The notes: generated by a model from the sequence alone, not told the origin. Positions 13,974 through 27,450 are shown, counted from the stretch's first letter. The stretch is 64,000 nucleotides of DNA from Marsupella aquatica (GCA_973895155.1 OZ316895.1:8606184-8670183), one strand, 5' to 3'. Numbers and translations are program-made.

Positions 13974-15599
13974 TATAAAATACAGGAGTGTTTACATTTA
14001 GTATAGCCACGAGAAAAGTAAAGAATTTCACAAGAAAAATTAGAGTAGACAATCCATCATAGTGCAAGAAATCAATTGCATAATGAAAATGAAATAAAGA
14101 ATTCATCATATAGGGAACTGTTAGACTCTACCTGGTGACCGGACGACCGGATCAGCCAATCACCCGACCGGCACCACTATATGTACCAACCGCCATGTGA
14201 GAGTATGAATGGAATGAATCATGAATGGAATGAACATGTGGATACGAGAATCGAACCATCGACAAAATGGTAGTTCCATCTAAAAAACAGGTGTATAGCT
14301 TCATTTGCACATTATATTGCAACGACTGATGTTGACACTAGTAGAAAATGGGGCCTTTTATGACTTGGGCACATATGACTTATGTGCCTAAATGACAAAA
14401 TATTTCAATGACAGGACATGAATGACAATTAAATGACTGTCTAAAATGACAGAGTGAAAAAAATGACTAATAATTGCAAGAGAGTCATTTTCACCAATGA
14501 GTCAAATGACTTTGACTGCTATAATGACAACACTAATGAATTATGGTCATTTTGGATAGTCTCTGTGAATGACACAATGGACAAAAACCCTGTCATATCA
14601 GTGTTTTACTTCTGGAAAGTCATTTTGGACGACGGTGACTAATGACTAGGAAAACAAATATGCAAATATCAGTGTTTAAAAATGTTAGTAGTCATTTCAA
14701 CCACAAGTGATAAAATGACATGATAAAAAAATATGACTAAATATTTTGAGGTTTAGCGTTTAGGGTATGATTAGACATCTAACATGTATGGTAGTATAAA
14801 GATTGGTGGCACTCACATATTAGATTTGAAATACACTTCTAGAGACTTAAAAAATATTGCTTTTATTTTGAGTCGCATCCTTGATGTACAACTCAAAGGC
14901 TGGATCATCTCTAATATGTATTTATACTTGCACCCATTTTTTATATATCTCCTATATATGCCAGGGACTCCAAAAATGTAATTAATTACCATTGATTTCC
15001 TTAAGTTGTATTCACATTCACATATTGGCGTACGGGGGTATGCAAGGTTTCCAAATAACACTTTGTGGCATAAAATAGGGTTTAGGGTCTAGATGCCTAT
15101 ATTTGCTCATGATGTCATTTTTTCCAGTCAATCGTGTTATTTGCAACCCTAGGGAATCAATTAGTGTAAACAACCCCTAAAACATGTGAGAATAAACCAA
15201 TAAAATTTGGGAAAATATATTTAATAATAAATTTAATTAAAAACACCCTTATAACCTTTATTATAAGACTTTGGCAAATTTTTAAATACATTGATGAATA
15301 TAAAAAACAAATTTTACCAAAATTGGATTTTTAAATACCTTTAGTAGAAGTGTTATATTATAATTATTATCCCTACAAGATTGAAAATTAACCTTCATTA
15401 ATTTGTTTGCAGCCCGTTCTAATAATCCAACAAGTGATTCCCCAGGGATTTGCAAAGGCTTCCAAGTCATTTTTGCTTTCACTCAACTTTCTAGTCATTT
15501 GACAAGTGCTGCTAGACATCATTTATGCATCATTTGGGCAGTCAATGTTGTGGTCATGTATGCCATGCACAATATGACTACTAAGAGCTTTAGGTGGCT

Positions 15600-17200
15600 G
15601 ATTGCCTATATTGGTGATAAGGGCCGGCCATTAAGGATGCTATCCACCCCACATGGTGCAAGATAGGGTACTTGTCAACCCTGTGCCACTAATCATGTCA
15701 CTTTGCCTCCTGAAGGTTTTTGTAGCCAACTTTTTGCACCAAGCAAGGGCATCACCCAACTTTGGGCAAAACACTCCCAAGTTGTATGACTTTGGAGTGA
15801 TTTGCCCAAAGGGCTGCAAACAACTCCCATTTAGTCATTCACAAGGGATTTAGAGTCATTTGTGCGAGTGACTAAGGGTTTTGGTCATTTATGTAGTGTT
15901 GGAAGACGTCAATTATGCAAATGACACAAAAATATGTCATTGATGATGTCAATGTTGCAATCATGCATGCTATGGGTAATATGACTCATTGAGGCTTCCC
16001 GGGGCTGGTTGGCCATATGCGTGATTGTAGCCCACCAGTAGGGATGCTACCCACCCCCACATGGTGCGGGATAGTGTAGTTGTCAACCCTGGGCCACTAG
16101 TCATGTCACTTTGCCTCCAGAAAGGTTTTTTGTAGTCAACTTTTTGCACCAAGCAAGGGCATCACCCAACTTTGGGCAAAACACTCCCAAGTTGTATGAC
16201 TTTGGAGTGATTTGCCCAAAGGGCTGCAAACAACTCCCATTTAGTCATTCACAAGGGATTTAGAGTCATTTATGCGAGTGACTAAGGGTTTTGGTCATTT
16301 ATGTAGTGTTGGAAGACGTCATTTATGCAAATGACACAAAAATATGTCATTGATGATGTCAATGTTGCAATCATGCATGCCATGGGTAATATGACTCATT
16401 GGGGCTTCCCGGGGCTGGTTGACCATATGCATGATTGTAGCCCTCCAGTAGGGATGCTACCCACCCCCACATGGTGCGGGATAGTGTAGTTGTCAACCCT
16501 GGGCCACTAGTCATGCCACTTTGCCTCCTGAAGGTTTTTTGTAGCCAAATTTTTGCACCAAGCAAGGGCATCACCCAACTTTGGGCAAAACACTCCCAAG
16601 TTGTATGACTTTGGAGTGATTTGCCCAAAGGGCTGCAAACAACTCCCATTTAGTCATTCACAAGGGATTTAGAGTCATTTGTGCGAGTGACTAAGGGTTT
16701 TGGTCATTTATGTAGTGTTGGAAGACGTCAATTATGCAAATGACACAAAATATGTCATTGATGATGTCAATGTTGCAGTCATGCATGCTATGGGTAATAT
16801 GACTCATTGAGGCTTCCCGGGGCTGGTTGGCCATATATGCGTGATTGTAGCCCACCAGTAGGGATGCTACCCACCCCCACATGGTGCGGGATAGTGTAGT
16901 TGCCAACCCTGGGCCACTAGTCATGCCACTTTGCCTCCTGAAGGTTTTTTGTAGCCAACTTTTTGCACCAAGCAAGGGCATCACCCAACTTTGGGCAAAA
17001 CACTTCCAAGTTGTATGACTTTAATGTAATTTACCCAAAGGGGTCCAAATCATTGGCATTTTGTCATTTGCAAGGATTTAGAGTCATTTGTGAGTGTTAC
17101 TCAATATTTTGGTCAATTTCGGAGTGCAAAGAGACGTCATTTATGCAATTGACATGACAACACGTCATTTGGGATGTCAATGTCATGGTGATGTATTTCA
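15600..17200. repeat. ~410-bp tandem repeat (3 near-identical units plus degenerate flanking units) inside the CACTA element
   Basis: tttttgcaccaagcaagggcatcacccaactttgggcaaaacact recurs at ~15731, 16141, 16550 and 16960. Degenerate similarity extends over ~15450-17900. Confidence 0.95.
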
Positions 17201-20200
17201 TGCTGAATATGACTCATAAGGGTCTGGAGGGGATGATTGGCAATATTGGTGGTAGGAGGCGGCCATTAAGGATATTACATAGCCAACTTTGCCTCCACAA
17301 CCATTTTTGAAGCCCAGTTTCTGCCACATGGAATAGAATCACTCTACTTTTGGAAAAACACTCCCAAGTTGTATCACTTTGGAGTGACTTGCCCAAAGTG
17401 GTACAAAACACTCTCATTTTGTCATTTGCAGGGGATGCAAAGTCATTTGTGCATTTGACTCAATTTTGTCATTTGTTGAGTGCTGCAAGAAGTAATTGGA
17501 GCAAATGATTATCATAATGGCAAGAGTCATTTACCGTGTTAACCCCCAGGTCAATGCTGTCAAGAAAAGAAGACTGGACTTTGGGGAGATTTTCACAAGG
17601 TGGTGCCAGGTGCTTTTATTTGGTCATTTGTAAGAATTTTTGAGTCATTTGTGCATGTGACTCAATTTTGTAGTCATTTATCAAGTCTCCTGAGACGTCA
17701 TTTTTGTGAATGACTGCAAAAGGAGTCATTTGATAAGTCAATGCCTTTGTCATTTATGCACATCACAATATGGCTTTGCCCCTGACTGCATAATTATTGG
17801 CGATAAGGGGGTACGCCAGGGTGGGTGCAAGCCCTACATTAAGGAGGGTGCAAGCCCTACATTAAGGATGCCACTCACCCCACATGGTGTGGGATAGGGT
17901 TACATTGTCTATTCACCCTGGTCCCCTCCCACCTTGCATTTATTTTGGAGGGTTGGGGGGTATTTAATTTAATATATTCTTTTGAAGGTGGGTTGAATCT
18001 TATCTGGTTGGGGCAAATTTGATATATTTAACTTAGCTACAATTGTGGGAATGTCATCTAACTGAAGCTAAGAGTTCAACTTGAAGTTATGGGTTTATCT
18101 ACAGTCGGATTGGGAAGGGGGTTCAGAGTTTGGCCTCTAGTGAACGGCCCACAAAGGTTTTGTATGTTGATTAAAATTGTTCTGATAGAACTTCAATCTT
18201 AGGTTTTAGATGCTTCAGTAGCACGTTGTTTTGACAAGTACCCTAAATCCAAAAACAAAGCCTGAGCCTGGAGGAATTCAAGTTACTAGTTCAACATTTG
18301 CACAGTCAACTTGCCCATTTACATGCTCAAGACCTGTAAGTGACCTGTAAGTCAAGACTTACACTTGTCTAAATTTCCTTTTCTAGCTCAATTCGTGCAT
18401 CCAACTCTTCACACTACAAAGGTCATTCAAATTTGACTTAATTAGGTATCAACAGGGGTCTAAAACATGCCTTTACACTAGCTTACACTCTGTCTTACAG
18501 GTATGTAAAGTTGGGTTTCATGGTGTAACCCTTACTTCCCGCCTCTTATTTCAAACTCTACTCTCTCCACAAACTTGACGCACTCTCACGCGCATCAACT
18601 TTGTTAGCTCTCTAGCTATGGCTGCCCGTCAAAAATTATGGAGCTCTTCCACTGATCGGGTTCCTCTCGATTCAAATACTCCCGATGGCCCGCTCGATGG
18701 AATGTACTAAGAACTCTACTAAAAAATCTTTTGATTTGCAATGTTTGTTTCCTCCCTGTCGGCCTTCCTCATTTCTTGAATTTGAATGCCTTGCTAGTAG
18801 ATTTGGGAGCGGTGTGACCAATGTCCGCACACTTTATTCTAATTACCAGCTGCGCTTTCGCTCTCTAATTCAATCTTCAAATAGACCCAAGCATGTTGCC
18901 ATCTACGCCCACGATACTCAGTCTTTTTTAGTTTGACTTGAACATGGATGCTGCCAAACAGTTCTTGCACGAGGCTCAATCCTCGACCAATTCTTTCCAT
19001 CTCCATGACTGAGTGCCCCAAAAGCTTTACCTCTTGCTGTCGCTCCGCTGCGCCCGAAGCTCAATGATATTGTAATCCCGATTGTAATGTGCCAGGGCTC
19101 GGCCTCCAGCCTTTCCTCCACTGCATGTACTCTGCGGCCAAAGCTCCTTTGATGTTGAAATGTGCCAGTGTGACTGAAGTCTGTGATTCACGTCGCTGGC
19201 CAGTGGAGTCTGCGTTTTGCCCTTCCAAAGGTCTGTTTTTAACCTCTCTAATTCGTGGAAGTAGCATTCTTTGAACTTGGAGGAAGGGACCTTCAATGTG
19301 TGTTGAAGACTGGAGATCGAAAGTGGAGACTGGAACATAGCTTGCTTGCTTTGATCTTTCTGAGGTGATCTGTTAACATTAATGCGTTGAGCTCTGTGAG
19401 CAGTTGAAGACCTCAAAGTTGACGCCCAAGATGTTCCCAGTGTTATGATTGTTTTGCAGTTTGATTCCCTCGGGCAAATTTTGGGGAGACGATGAAAGAA
19501 TTTCTCTTTCAATAAGCTTTTTAGTGCCGTTCTAGATATTGTAGGGTTTTGTCTGGCTTTGTCCTATGGAATATACAGGATGATAGACGGGGTAGGTCCT
19601 GGTGTCAATTTTCAACATTAATGCTTGAAATTGCCGTTCGAAGATTTATATATCCTGGTTCAATGACAATGTTTATGTGGAATCTAGAGTCTTGTTGTTG
19701 ATGCTAGACAACGTACACTGCCAACTCGCTCTTCTCCCTGGCGATTCCTACTTGTTTTTTGTAGGTGGCTTTTGGTTTGATAAAGCAAGATAGGTGGAAC
19801 CCTCTCTCCCTATCGGTTATGGTGAGGGGATAGGAATCTTTGAAACTTTTTGTTGGCAGCTTTTTGTTCAGTAATTTTTGTTGGCACTTGTCTCAATGAT
19901 TAGGTTTTCTTGAAACTGCTCCACGTTAACATCTCCAAGGAATCAAGAGTCTACTTCAGAATCAGATTTTGTTCTTATCAATGCACATTCTAACCCAAGT
20001 GGAGGTAAACAATGGATGCTCAGGATCTCCAAAGCACTCTAGGCTGCTGTGCATCGAAGATAGAGAAAAGGGGAATGAAGGCTGGCGATGGGAGATATAG
20101 TGGAATGCAGCACAGGCCGTGGAATTGTTTTGCTGCCAAGTTTTGAGATCCGAACAAAAAGGAGAGGAAAGGGCTGCGCATGTTGCTTCAATTCAATGCC

Positions 20201-21292
20201 CAAAAATCCTGCTTTGCCTTGATTTGTCAATGCATTCTCCCTGGTATGCAGTCCGGTACGTGCACCATCTGCAGAATATTTTTAAAATGTGGACACTCGT
20301 TTCTTGATTGTATTTGGACCTGGAATGGCTTCTTTTATTTGGCAGAATGGATGCCAGGCTGCTGCAACTAGTCGTTGTGTGCAAGAAAAGAGGATGCATG
20401 AAATTACTTTCACATTGTAACTGGTCATGATTAATTTGAAGCTTTCAGTAGGCTCTGGGAAATGTATCAAAAATGCAAAGGCATCTAGGCTGGATGAAAA
20501 ATTTTGTTTGGAAATATTCTAATTAATACTAGTTCACGGCCTCTTGAATGACAGATGCTGTGATGTAAATAATGTTCTTTGTACATTGCACTCAAAATGA
20601 GCGTCTTTGTAGTTAATTTTGACCGTATGAATATTTGGGGTAGGATGAGACTAGGGTTAGTGCTGCTCATAGAGTTCGTCAAAAGGCCGTTGAATCATTT
20701 TTAATTTCTGTTTCAAAGTTCAATGGAGGACAGGAAGCACTGTTGACGATAGACTTTGTTGCACATGCATACTTCTAAGTGGAAATCTCTATAATTAGCA
20801 GGAGAAATGAAATGGCTTTCCTGCTTTAGTTGTTCTTTGCTCTTATTTTCCTACTTTCAAGAGGAGATGCTTCTGAATGTCTGGAGAGTGGAGAGAGATC
20901 TAGCCACTTGCCTATGTTAGACAAACTTACAGTGCCAAGTCGCTCTTATCCTGGCTATTTCTACAGTAGTTATTTTTTGTAGGTGGCTTTTGGTCTGATA
21001 GGACAAGATAGTTGGAACCCAACTGCCTTGCCTTCAGTTACAATTTTGGAAGTCATGATGTCATCTTTTGGCTTTGGGATCTTTCACTCTGAGCCTGCAC
21101 AAAATTATCTTACAAGTGTCGGTTGCGGTGAGGTGATAGGCTAGGAATCTTTGAAGCTTTTTGTTTGCAGCTATTTGTTCAGTGCCTTGTGTTGGCAGCT
21201 TTTTGTTTAGTATACAGGTATTTTTCTAATGTTATAATGTGCACTTTATTATGCATCATTCTCATGCGTGACAAAAATTTCCTATGTTGCAG

Positions 21293-21961
21293 GCTGATGC
21301 TAAGGATGAGTACACGGACCCAGCCAGAATTCAAAATGTAATGAAAAATTATTCTCATTTCATTTCAATCCCAATCTACACCTATCAAGAAAATTCAAGG
21401 ACAAAAGAGGTAACAAGAGCAGTGCCATATTGTGCTTGTGCTCTGTGTATCCTCCATGGGCTGCTACTCATCCTTGTAAATGATTACTTGCTTGGATAGC
21501 TTGAAGATTAAGAATCGGCTTCTCCTGAAGGTGCCTCCAAGGAAGCTACTAAGGTAGGGTCTGAATGAATGTTTTGTCCCCATGGAATTTTACGTCCACA
21601 TATGATTGGATCAAATCATTTGTAATATGATTGTCATATTGTTCTACTTTTCTTTTGGAATTCTTACGAAAGAATGATGTGGCCTGTGCATAAGAAGACG
21701 AAGAAAGTCAGAGAAATATTGGGATTGGGAGCTGCTGACAAATGAGACAAAACACCTTTGGGTGAGTCAGTTTACTGTTCAAGATACCTGGTTTTACTAA
21801 CTGTACTGTTTGTTTGAGAATGTTTCATTCAGGCAGTAACCGAATATATTTGTTGACGTATTTTTAACAGTTCAGGTCAGAAAAGGATGTCACGAAGGCA
21901 GGACTCCAATGGGTTCTTCAAGAGTACATTTGGGGATTTCTTAGAAGCAATGGCTTATACT
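21293..21961 (+). pseudogene. HSP90: Captured four-exon fragment of an organellar (plastid/mitochondrial type) HSP90
   Basis: Exons 21293-21409 (ADAKDEYTDPARIQNVMKNYSHFISIPIYTYQENSRTKE), 21500-21553 (LED*ESASPEGASKEATK), ~21692-21761 (KKTKKVRE/YWDWELLTNETKHLW) and 21871-~21961 (FRSEKDVTKA/NGFFKSTFGDFLEAMAY). Introns are GT..AG with one acceptor mutated. Contains a stop codon and frameshifts. Confidence 0.85.
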
Positions 21962-24900
21962 CCTGATATTTTTATATGCCCGGTATACTCAATATTGTTG
22001 TGGATTGACAGTGATATCTTATATGAGTTGTAAATGGGGGCATTTATAAAATCGTTGGGGCCTGCCTAGCTTTTTGAACTTTCAAATATCAAATTCTTTC
22101 CCTACTGTGATCAGCTGGCAGGTGCTCAGTGCTCTCCATCAGCACATCTGTGGGTGGAACCAGTGACGGTTCTTATCAAGAGGAGGGCCAAAATAATTCT
22201 TCAAGCCCAGGAAATGTTTGGAATAAGGCAAGGTTTAAGTCATGTGCTATTTAAGTGATACTTAAGTGATATACCGGTGCTGTTTTGTCCTTCTTCACCA
22301 TTTGTATCACTTGTACAAATTAAAATAAGTTCTATTTTCCTCTTAATACTTGTAGTTTTGATTCTCAAGTTGGCATGGCAAAGTTGGGATTAATTCTTGG
22401 AGAATTACAGCAATTTGTCATGCAGGAGAAGAAATCTTTGAGAAGATAGTGCAACTGGTATGCTCCAATTGTTAAATTGAGCTCATTATATTCCTCTACC
22501 CAGGTGAATAATGTTTCCAACAGAGCCTTTGCCTGGTGAATTCTCATTCTGGTTAATCAATTGAAGCCAGACTTCCTAACAATCATTTCACATAATACAG
22601 ATTGATGCAGATGATGTCTCACAACTCCCGTGTGTGATTACAGCACTACCATTACATCAATTTTACATGCATCATGTCTTGCTATGATCAATTTCTGGTG
22701 AGTTGTGAAATCACTCCTAGAGCACATTTGACAAACTTCAAGGAGCAGAAGCTAGTTTGAGGCAAAAATAGGATTACTTAGATGGTCAGGATTTCCCTCA
22801 TACTCTATTGATAGTGTGACCTGAAATGTAAAGTTATATGAGATAATCAAAACATTTGGATTCTTTCAATATGAGACCTAAGAGCTATCATTTGGTTATT
22901 GAGTTCTTTTTATTATGAATGTCATCTGAATGATGATTGTGTGAATTTCACTTCTTCTGTTATTGTTAGTGTTCCAGTCATTGTGATGTAAACGGGGATG
23001 TGAAGTGCTTGCATTTTTAATATCATTATTGACACGTTGTAGATTTCACTTTGAATACATTGAATGTGTACAATGTCTCTTTATGAAGTAACCCTAAAAC
23101 TTGAAATAGCTCCAATAACATCTGAAATGACATTACCTAATGGCAGTTCATATGACAATCCTAATTGACATGGCATATGATGTCTTAAAATGACACCCTA
23201 TGTGACACCCTTTATGACACCCCATATGACTGTCAACATGACTCCATAAATGACTACACGTGTCACACCATGTGCCACAACGGTATTGGTTCAATATTAT
23301 GTCATTTATGACATGTCTTAAATGACTTATAATGATGACATTATGTAAGCTCACATATTTGCCACGTGTTGTAGTATCATTCATTCAGATGTGTGTCATT
23401 TGGAATGTCATTAAAGACATGAATAAATGACTGACGGCCGTTCATTCAGTCATTTTGGACACCATGTCATTTCAAAAATTGTGTGTCATTTAGGACAACT
23501 ATAAATGACTGATGAGAATTTTAGTCATTTGTCTTAATTGACTGTCCTAAAAGACGAGACAGGTATGACAAAAAAACTCTAGTCATAAAATGGTATATAT
23601 GACTTCTTTGCCAGTACTCATTACAGTCCTTAATTAAAGACACTATTTTCCACTAGTGGTGAGAACTGAACCACTTATGTATCTCTGAGAGAAACACAGC
23701 AGAGCATTTCGCTCAGTAACTCCTCTATGGTGCTGTAAGTACTCGGTTATGGAGGGAACGGCTATAATTCCACCAGCTTCTTTATGGTACTTTAATGTTT
23801 CCTAGTTTCGATTACATATTGAAGATGTGTGCATGCCATGGTAACCTAGATAGTGGAGCATCTACAAAGTTTCCGTTGTTGAATGTGTCATCTGATCAGT
23901 TCCTTCAATTCCCGACTCCTAGTGGCTTTTCCTCATTTTTCTTCTCGAGGTATTGTAAGTACAGACCGTTTACGATCCACCGAAATCGAGCAGGTGACTA
24001 GTAGGGAAGGATGTTAACGAAAGCAAGGGAACTAGTGGTGAAGATCAGATGAAACGTATGGCACATGCGGCATGTGATAAAAGCTTCCCATGTGATCCAG
24101 CGATTTAGTCCGATCGATGCGGACTCTAATGGTGAGACAGAAACTGAAATTTCAAACAAATAGTCGTCCAAGGTTTTCCTCGTACTGTTTAGTGTCTCAT
24201 CATGTCTCCTTCCAGAATTCAAAATGAACCTCTAACGCAGCCCAAGGACTGGACCAACACCCATCTATAGTATATTGGTGGGACTGGATCTTTCAGACTC
24301 TCCATCATACCTTTGACATCGAACTTCTAGGAAGAGAGCAAAAATGACGAGAGAGAAAGAGAGAGATTTGCTCGGATCGAATGTGATAACCAAACTACAT
24401 TTATAAGCGATCCATATGAGGTTCTCGACGCACTACAAACTAAACTAATTAAGAACGTACTATGAACGCGTTGCTTTTAGCTCATCGATCACTCGATCAT
24501 CTTACACTCCATCAGGTCGAGGAGCCTGCTGATGCGCAATTCCGTAATCACGGCCCTCGAACACGATGCATTTTAGTTAATTACAGAAGAAGACAGCCGA
24601 TGAGTCCCCATTTGATCGGATAATCCATCGGAATGATTACTCCAAGCTAGCGTGAAATGGCGGGCAGCAGCTCACAAGGAGGTTAGAAATTGGGCTACGA
24701 CGTATCTATCGGTTGACTTCAGATGTGCGCAGAGAAGGGGAATTGAGGCCCTCGTTGTGCTCGTACCTTGTTTTGGAAGAAAATTCTGTCGAATGCTGGC
24801 GACTTGCACAACAGTTTCACAGAACGTCGCGAAATGATAGGGAAAGATTTGACTTAGAAAACTACAATGTGCGATGCGCACTGTCGGTACTATGCAAGGG

Positions 24901-24972
24901 AATTGTTTTACTTCCAATCTGCTGGTGTTTGCTGTGAAACGAGTGTCGGTAGTATGCACTTTGATTGCAAGA

Positions 24973-25322
24973 CTGATGCTGCTAGTCAACTTGGTACATT
25001 GCACAGTTTCGAAGAGCTGATCGAAGAGCTGGGTTCTGCTTGGTCGAAGAGCTGATGCTGCTAGTAACCTTGGTACGTTGCACAGTTTCTTGGTCAGCAT
25101 CCGAAGTACCGCAAGCCCGGCCGCAAGTGTGAATGCAATGTCGACAGTATTTTGCAGGGTGAGTAGTCGGACATGGATAAGCGCACGGCAAAAATGCAGT
25201 ATTTTGCAGGCGGAGTAGTCGGACATGGATAAGCGCACGGCTAATGTTGCCGTGTGAGAAGTTTGCGACATGTGTACCGCGTTTGCGACATGTGTACCGC
25301 GTTTGCGACATGTGTACCGCGT
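24973..25322. repeat. Cluster of short direct duplications
   Basis: ctgatgctgctagt..cttggtac.ttgcacagtttc x2; cagtattttgcagg..gagtagtcggacatggataagcgcacggc x2; gtttgcgacatgtgtaccgc x3 in tandem (25261-25320). Confidence 0.85.
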
Positions 25323-26545
25323 AGGCTTGCGCTGTATTCCAAAGAAAGGTCGGGACTGTGAAGGGCCGCAAAATTTCCGGCCTGCACCTTCTACTGTAAG
25401 TCCTAATCTTTGGGTAACATTTTGCAGTGAGTCACTTTTAGTGCCGCAATACAAAGGCCGCTCACATGCAAAAATTTACTAGTATTGTGAGGCCTACTCG
25501 TAGAGTTACTTCGGTTCAATATCACATTATATGCGGTCTTACACAGAATGAGAGTCAACGTCTCAACACTGCTGTCGTTCATCAATAACCCTTCTATGGA
25601 AAAATTATCACCAGGGCTCTTCGCAGCCAATGGTCTTGGACAATTGAAAACTACCGGAAACTAGATCTGAGCATGTGCATACACACTGAGAGGAACTGAA
25701 ATAAAAATGATGCGTGAGTGATTAGCTTATCAACGTACCTGTCTTTCCTGTGGGTAATCCTTGGCAGCAACAGCTTTGTAAAAGTACAAGCCGGCCAAAA
25801 GAAGATATTTGCTGCAGCAAGGTCAAATGCTCCAATGTGATCCGATTGCCAATTCGCAGATGACAAAGCTGTCAATGTGGAGCGAATGTACACATGCTCA
25901 ACGTTGAATGTTTACAATACCAGTTTGCAGATTTACACAATTTGAGTCGGGCTGAAATACTTTCTACAGAAAACGCTGCGCTGCGAAGTGATAAAACTAT
26001 CGGGCCCTACTTTTTGAGAGAGCACTCACGGAAGTCGTATCCAGGAAAGGGCAGTTTGCAGAGAGAGCACTCACGGCAGTGGTATCCAGGCCAGGGCAGT
26101 TTGCAGGGAGAGCAGGTGAGTTATGACTACCAGGAGCGGAGACTATCAGGAGCCCTTGCCCTGAGAGTCCTCAAATAGGAAGGGTGAGCACGGGAAGAGC
26201 AGGTGAGAGATGACTACCAGGAGCCCTTGCCCTGGAGAGTCCTCAAATAGGGCCGTCAGGACTGGCACGAAACACTCAGTCAGTCCAAAGTTGCCACATG
26301 ATCATTTCAAGGCCAGTTTTCAAAGACCCTCACATGCAAGCTAGACGGCCCCCTTTATTAGTGAGAATCCCGTTATTAGTGAGAATGGGGTTGAAGCCGA
26401 TATCTTTGTGTAGTTTTAGTGCAGGTTTGGTAGATGGGAGCATGGAACATGTGCGACGTGACATACTGCAAAAACCTCAGAGCTTCTTTGTTTCAGGATT
26501 GAAAACCGAGGGTTCTGTTCCAACGAAAGCTTTCCACAATCAGTT

Positions 26546-27450
26546 GTGGTGAATAGTGAGATAAACAAAGAAGGGAGAGGAGAAGAGAGGGGAAGGACAG
26601 CAGTGATTATTGACACAACGAGCCACGACCCTTCGTTCAGAGTAGAGGAGTATGAGGTTCAGCGACTTCTTCCGGGGCTCCCCGATGACCTTGCGTTGGA
26701 CCAAATCTTTCCGAGAATCCCATGGATAGCGTTTTACAACTTGAAATTGGTAAGCCGTCCCTGGCGAAACGCAATTCGACGTCGGCAGGTCCGTAAGGTC
26801 ATCGGGGAGCCCATGAATCCATTATCCAAATTCGCGAGACTTCGGAACAGATTCCGGGCAAAACGTCGGTTCCTAAGTCTCGCGAATTTGTGAAATCATG
26901 GCAATGCGCTTCACTGGATGGCAAAATTTGTATGCTGGGACGATATGAGTTTGCCTATAGTGATGACCTTAGTGAAGGTAATGAGGACGACGTTAGTGCT
27001 GAAAGTGGCGACAGTGACAATCGTGATGTTGGTGGCATTTTCCGCACTATTGGCTAGGTAGCCATTGTGTTCATGGTGACATTTTCCGCGCTTATGGCCG
27101 GGGTAGCGAAGCATACGTGCTGGATGTCGCAGGGCACGGGAGGTGGGACAAGTGTGCAAATATGCCAAAACAAATCATTGCTTCTCGCTGATGGGAAGAT
27201 TTATGCGTTTGAGGGTCGAATTCCTTTTGGAAAACGTACTCGTGAATGTGTGGGGTTTGATCTCAAGGAAAGAGTGGTCTTTGATAATGCCTATGAGATA
27301 CAACCGGTCGTCTTATCTTCACAGGTGTAGCAGTTGGCGAGGAGCTGTTCGTGCGTGGTCCGCCTAGTGATTATCGAGATGATCACCAACCACTTTCTCT
27401 AACATTTACAGAGGTTTTTCATACCGTCAAGGATGAGTGGAGATCACTCA
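26546..27450 (+). pseudogene. F-box/kelch-repeat pseudogene, copy 1
   Basis: F-box LLPGLPDDLALDQIFPRIPWIAFYNLKLVSRPWRNAI and kelch fragments (ADGKIYAFEGR...RECVGFDLKE; EWSLIMPMRY) spread over several frames with stops. Paralogous to 30291-32053. Confidence 0.8.

Larger units (their letters stand above)
14336..23658. mobile_element. Non-autonomous CACTA (En/Spm) DNA transposon carrying captured gene fragments (Pack-CACTA)
   Basis: Left end CACTAGTAGAAAAT at 14336. The right end reads CACTAGTGGAAAAT on the minus strand from 23658 (13/14 match). Dense ATGAC/GTCAT subterminal motifs at 14360-14740 and 23120-23605. No transposase ORF. The 3-bp TSD is not exact (tga left, gtg-a right). Confidence 0.8.

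Noticed and set aside
15970-16984. Three similar short ORFs (SGMTSGPGLTTTLSRTMWGW) as a peptide gene family
   Set aside because: They are by-products of the 410-bp tandem repeat, with inconsistent starts and frameshifts between units.
25261-25320. Three 20-bp direct repeats as a possible CRISPR array
   Set aside because: The repeats are contiguous with no spacers, there are no cas genes, and the context is eukaryotic.
24672-25454. 260-aa minus-strand ORF
   Set aside because: No recognisable domain, and it is assembled from local duplications, so it was not called as a gene.
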